A program made the translations under genes and the position numbers. A stretch of 55,653 nucleotides of DNA, filler included, from Catajapyx aquilonaris (taxonomy: Eukaryota), in assembly GCA_000934665.2 (NCBI GenBank). It is 2 parts of 2 records of this genome, joined end to end, with 100 filler letters (N's around TTAATTAATTAA, not from the genome) between each part and the next. Parts side by side here need not be neighbours in the genome. Positions count along the whole stretch, not along the records: positions 27,965 to 55,653 come from JYFJ02005010.1; 1 more part is not named here. The stretch is one strand, 5' to 3'. The notes under the pieces were generated by a model, which had not been told where the DNA came from, ran no database searches, and saw only the letters and a list, made by a program, of their open reading frames with translations. Of this stretch, positions 50,901 to 55,653 are shown piece by piece. How positions within the stretch are numbered: position 1 is the stretch's first letter; each line of letters opens with the position of its first letter.

Positions 50901-52078
50901 GTCACCAAATTTGTCAGGTCATGCGACACGTGTAGTCGGGTCAAGTTTCCGACCACAAAACAGTCTGGTTTGCTGCAACCTTTGGACATTCCAAGTAGAA
51001 ATTGGGAGAGTATATCAATGGATTTGGTGACAGGGTTACCGGTTACTGGAAAGGGTTGTGATACTATTGTGGTATTTGTGGATAGGTTATCGAAGATGTG
51101 TCATTTAGCTGTTTGTAAGAGCTCGGTCACTGCGGTGCAGCTGGCTGAAATATTTTTCAACACTGTATATAAGTTGCATGGTATGCCCGTTTCTATTGTG
51201 AGTGATCGGGATGCCAAGTTTACTAGTGCTTTTTGGAGGGCTTTGTTCAAGAGATTGCAGTCTCGACTTTTGATGTCCAGTAGTTTACATCCACAGACGG
51301 ATGGACAAACGGAGAAAGAAATCCAGGTGTTGACAACTACGCTCAAGGCGTTTGCTTTGGAGCTGCCCACTTCATGGGATAAGAATGTGGGTTATGTAGA
51401 GTTTGCCATTAACAATTCTATGCATTTGTCGACGAAGGTGTCGCCATTCTTTGCAAATTATGGATTTAATCCCATTACACCTGGGGTTTTGCTGGGGAAG
51501 TCACAGGTGCATGAGCAGGTGCAAGCGACCGGTACTATGTTGGAAACTGTGAGGATGATAAATGTACGGATCAAAGACTGTATGCGTCAGGCGCAGGAGA
51601 AAAATGTGGTACACTATGATGCTAAACACAGGCCAGTGCAGTTCCAGGTGGGAGATGCAGTCCTGTTGGACATGAAGGCGGTGCGTTATGGGAATGTGCG
51701 GGGGAGTAGAAAGCTTCGCCCACGTTATGAAGGTCCTTTTGTAGTAACTGCTGTCATATCTGATGTGTGCTATAAATTAGATCTACCTGTATCTATGCGA
51801 ATACATGATGTGGTACATGTGTCAAAGTTAAAGTTGTATGTTGAGAGGGTAAGAGAGTGGCAGGATAGCTCAGCACGGCCGCCACCCCTACACGTCGATG
51901 GCCAGAGTCCCACGTATGTGGTACAGAAATTGCTTGCGAAAAAGAGGGTCCATGGCAAAGTGTTTTTTTGGTGAAATGGAAAGGCTACCCTGTCGGTGAA
52001 GCCACATGGGAGCCACATGCCAGTGTGAAACATTTGCATCGTTTGATACATCAATTAGCCTCGAGGACGATGCCTTGA
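47994..52078 (+). pseudogene. Disrupted gag-pol polyprotein
   Basis: Gag with PMDVS and CCHC knuckle CFTCRGTGHGAREC; protease LYDSGS; RT LCADYRKVN and YLDD; RNase H VDASG and ETDNKA; integrase GHFG..CDTC, SMDLV, SDRD and GQTE; chromodomain YVVQKLL..VKWKGY..ATWEP. Frameshifts at ~50117 and 51963-51969, and an apparent deletion at ~50760-50785. Confidence 0.93.
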
Positions 52079-52094
52079 TTTTGGTGTGGGAGTT

Positions 52095-52434
52095 TGTAAC
52101 AGGGTGTGAAAGATGTGAGGATATTTTTTTTGTGTGTGATGTAATCCTGCATTCTATTCGAGGGACAATTTGACTGACAAAGGTAATATATATATGGGAG
52201 AGGGGCTCCAGAGGAGGACTCCCAGGGTGGTGGTTGAGGGGAGCGGTTGCGATCGCCCTTTTCGGATACGGGGTAGTGTGTTTTACGCCCCATCCTCACA
52301 GTGTAATAAGTTTGAAGGAAGCTGTACTCAAAAGAGGAATAAGATACATAATTATGAGAAGACACCCTGGAGTTTATTCAGCAAATCCAAATCCATTACG
52401 TTTGACCTTGCGATTTGACGGACACAAGGTCACA
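52095..52434 (+). repeat. 3' LTR (340 bp)
   Basis: TGTAACAGGG...AAGGTCACA, preceded by a weak purine tract GGTGTGGGAG. Confidence 0.97.
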
Positions 52435-52439
52435 CTATC

Positions 52440-52885
52440 CATCTCAGGGCTCTTCCAGAAAGTGGTCTATAAATGCCTAGTTCCAGCCTTAGAAAATAAT
52501 TTGCCGTGTTGGATGGGAGCTGGAGAAACCTCTTCAAGAAATAATTTTGAACCTGATCAAAGATCTGTAAGTGCGCAATTCCCCAGACCTGGGCTCCGTA
52601 TATGGAATTATGGGAGCAATTTGGGCGTCAAACAGCCTAAGTGCTACCTGAACGTCACGGCCTTTCAGGCGTAGCATTGTATTCCACAGGCTATTGATTG
52701 CCACTTTGGCCTTCTTTTTAAGACATTCCGCCGCCAACGTAAAGTTTCCCGTGAAAAAAACGGTATACCAATCAAGATAGGTATAATTATGTGGAGGTCC
52801 AGTTAAGCGCCATTTTGTGTTATTTATTCTCATCGCCGAACTCCCGCGCGCCCTCTCGGGAAAACGACCAGAACTATTATCAAAT
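52440..52885 (-). mobile_element. Non-LTR retrotransposon (LINE) ORF2 fragment, part 1 (post-RT thumb region)
   Basis: IVLVVF..NG..YTYL..GNFTLAAECLKKKAKVAINSLW..ALRLFDAQIAPII-YGAQVWG..QNYFLKRFLQLPSNTANYFLRLELG; degenerate. Confidence 0.8.
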
Positions 52886-53782
52886 ATGAGCCAACGCCCT
52901 CTTTTTTTTTCCTCTGCACCCTAAAGAGTCTCTCGATGTGCCATAAAAATATTTGGCCGCGCTATGTTAAATGGGAGCCGAGATTTAATTCGGGCTTCGA
53001 ACCTAATGACTGCACCTAATTGTATGTAACGTGGATTTAAACAAGCTTTCTAACGATACATACCATTATTTTTGGGAGGGATAATTTGCCTGGGAGTTGT
53101 TTAGAGTCAAACACAGGGCTGTAGGCTATATTAATTAAACGGATAGTAGGTCCACTTGATTCGGAAAGACCCCTAGTAAACCGTTCCAAATTTTAAAACG
53201 ATATAATATCTAAAAAACTGTACGTAATGGAGCCATTCATACTTCAGATCTGCATTCAACACACCTTAATCTATATAGGCCTAGTGCACCTGCTTTCATC
53301 CAAAAGAGGATTTTGCTGCAGAACAGTGTAATAATATTGAAGGATAACAGTTCCTGGAAGAAAATGTACTAGTAGGCCCTAATAATGGTAATAAATATTT
53401 GGAGGTAACACCATTCTGGGAAATGATGTACTAGTAATAATGGTAATAAATATTTGGAGGTAATAGTTCCTGGAAAATAAACAGCAGCATCAAATGTTAA
53501 GTATTTCAACAATTTGCCACACAACAATAGGGTGATTCATTTCCAGCATCTACGTACATGTCATAGTGGGAAACAGGAAACTACACAACGAGTTATGGGC
53601 GTCTCCTAAACCAGCCATCCTTAACGAAATTCGCGCCCTGACATTTAAGTTTAGCCCAGGAAAGCGTTCTGGCCTCTTTAGAAAGAGCATTTCGGGGTGT
53701 GGCCGCTTCATTAAAACGCCCATTCCGCAGAATTGGTGGTTTGGCATAATTATAGAGCATTCTGTAGTATGTACGTTATATA

Positions 53783-54344
53783 CAGGTTGTTTATTGTAAC
53801 TCTGCAAAGACGTTCAGGGGTAATAGAGGGGACCAAGACAAGTATTTTTGACATAGGAACCCGTGTCCGGAAACGCCATCTAGAGGGGGTTCATAGACAA
53901 GGAACGGGCGCGCTCAGACGCGTCAGGCGAGAGGCGCTAGTCGAGCGGACTGTTTTGTTGATAAATGGCGCTCGGATAGTAAACACCGACGCGATGTGTC
54001 ATAACCTGGCAACAGCAGAGCCATCTAGCAACTAAAGTACGCCTCCTAGGAGACGCGCGGATAGTCAACAGCGGATTTGTTGTTGCCAGGTTATGGCGTA
54101 TCGAGTTGTTGTTTACTTACAACGACGCGATACGCCATAACCTGGCAACAACTGCTCGCCATCTATCAACAAAACAGTCTGCTCGACTAGTGCCTCTCGC
54201 GTGACGCGTCTGAGCTCACCCGTTCCTTGTCTATGAACCCCCTCTAGATGACGTTTCCGGACACGGGTTCCTATGTCAAAAATACTTGTCTTGGTCCCCT
54301 CTATTACCCCTGAAATTCTTTGCAGAGTTACAATAAACACCCTG
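53783..54344. mobile_element. Tc1/mariner-type foldback MITE with ~187-bp arms
   Basis: TA flanks at 53781-82 and 54345-46; arms 53783-53969 and ~54157-54344 are near-perfect reverse complements. Confidence 0.9.
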
Positions 54345-55445
54345 TAAGTTACAGTATAATTATATAGCAAATAATATAATTATGTAGTCGACTATATATG
54401 TTCGGTTTTTTTTGATTTGTTGTGCGAGATCTAATTTTTCAAAACAGTTGATTCAAATGCCTAACCCAGCCTAACCACATTTTAAATCAACCATGGCCGA
54501 CCCATGGAACTTGCCTTTTCTTCTCTTTCCATTCAATGTATACCACACTATACCTATAATGCATCCTTTCCATGCAGTTTTTTTTTAAATAAATGATCCA
54601 GATCATCATCGTAGCATTTTAATTAGCATGTTGCACCTTGCGCACTTGCTCGTATTTCTTCACTTCTGAGGGCAGATTCAAGCTATCCCGCGCTTTGCAT
54701 GCCTGTCAGATCAATATCTGCCTGATCAATATTTCACATGCCGGGTGAATCACAACACCGGCGAAGAGCCCGTGGCCCTCCAAGTCCACGTGTGACTCCT
54801 TGCTTAAAATAACTTATATGTAAGTAGGACCCGAAAATAAACACATACAGGCCACGAAAAATACTTTGGAGGAAGCAAAACGGGGTCAGCTTATAAGCTA
54901 CGATTTCGTAACCTAGTTGATCGAAATAAGTGGGATTCACATTGATGATGCGGGGGACACATGTCCATATTCTCAAAAGGAAAATCATATGGCGATATGA
55001 CAGCTAGATGTAAATGACCTTGAGCAACCCTTTCTGTATACACAAATTAGCCACTTCATATGGCTGCAAATCGCTCAGAATTGGTTTACTTGCACCGAAA
55101 AGCTGGACCTAACCGATTGTTTGGGGCAATCACTGCTCTTTTTTATTACTAACATATGACATGGTATGACATGTGTTCAAGAGGAGGGGAGAGAGGAAGG
55201 GCAATAATTTTCTCCCTTTTACGAGGAGATAATAAATTGGCGAAAATCCTTCAGCGTTGTTGGCCAGAGATTCGTCACACCTCGAATCAATGATAGGTTC
55301 ATTAGGAATGCAGTAAGGAATTTATCTCACCCGTGGTTACGACTGGAAGTGAAGTACATCCAGAATTAAGAGAATTTTTGACTGCCACTTTGTTTGACGG
55401 AGGACATAAAAAGGTCCCGTTGAGCACTGGGGAGGTCTAGTCGCG

Positions 55446-55653
55446 ATGGAGCTTGATACATTGCTTGTCCTGCTCATGTTGGTGGTGGGGAAGTGGGGAG
55501 AGGAGACGAAGGTGACCCTTGACCTTCGAGCATCAGAGGACAGTGAGTTGTTTCGGGTGACTGAGTTAGTCCATTTGGTCAGCCGGATGTACCCTTCTTG
55601 CCTTTTGGTGCCTGCCACGGACCAAGGAAGAAGGTTCAACGGGCCTGAACTAT
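55446..55653 (+). CDS. 5' end of a secreted or membrane protein, possibly a divergent ionotropic receptor
   Basis: ATG ORF open to the window end: MELDTLLVLLMLVVGKWGEE...LVHLVSRMYPSCLLVPATDQ; hydrophobic N-terminus; TATA-like CATAAAAA at 55405. Confidence 0.45.
   Translation, partial: MELDTLLVLLMLVVGKWGEETKVTLDLRASEDSELFRVTELVHLVSRMYPSCLLVPATDQGRRFNGPEL

Larger units (their letters stand above)
47548..52434 (+). mobile_element. Ty3/Gypsy LTR retrotransposon with chromodomain integrase (chromovirus-like)
   Basis: TG..CA LTRs at 47548-47884 and 52095-52434; 5-bp TSD CTATC (47543-47547, 52435-52439); primer-binding site (PBS); domain order gag-PR-RT-RH-IN-chromo. Confidence 0.97.

Noticed and set aside
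52534..52833. 5' half of the IR split by the LTR element
   Set aside because: The translation matches LINE post-RT motifs (YLG..FT, LFDAQIAP, YGAQVWG), not an IR.
53733..54370. Two paralogous ORFs on opposite strands
   Set aside because: They are the two arms of the foldback MITE.

Overview
Eukaryotic DNA with short spliceosomal introns, from an arthropod as judged by CLIP proteases, gustatory receptors (GR) and divergent ionotropic receptors (IR). Left of the N-gap (27865-27963): a GC-rich putative regulatory region with E2F-type motifs, a SERTA-domain taranis homologue (+), a convergent enolase-phosphatase E1 gene (-), and four tandem CLIP-type serine protease genes (-) ranging from canonical to non-catalytic. 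Right of the gap: two GR genes, IR relics, a 110-bp satellite with palindromic cores, a MADF-BESS gene, and an IR pseudogene abutting a LINE fragment that is interrupted by a young chromodomain-bearing Ty3/Gypsy LTR retrotransposon (47548-52434). Many MITEs and SINEs lie between the genes. The most unusual item is the chromovirus-like element in an arthropod. All gene models were assembled by eye from splice signals and motifs; no database searches were run.
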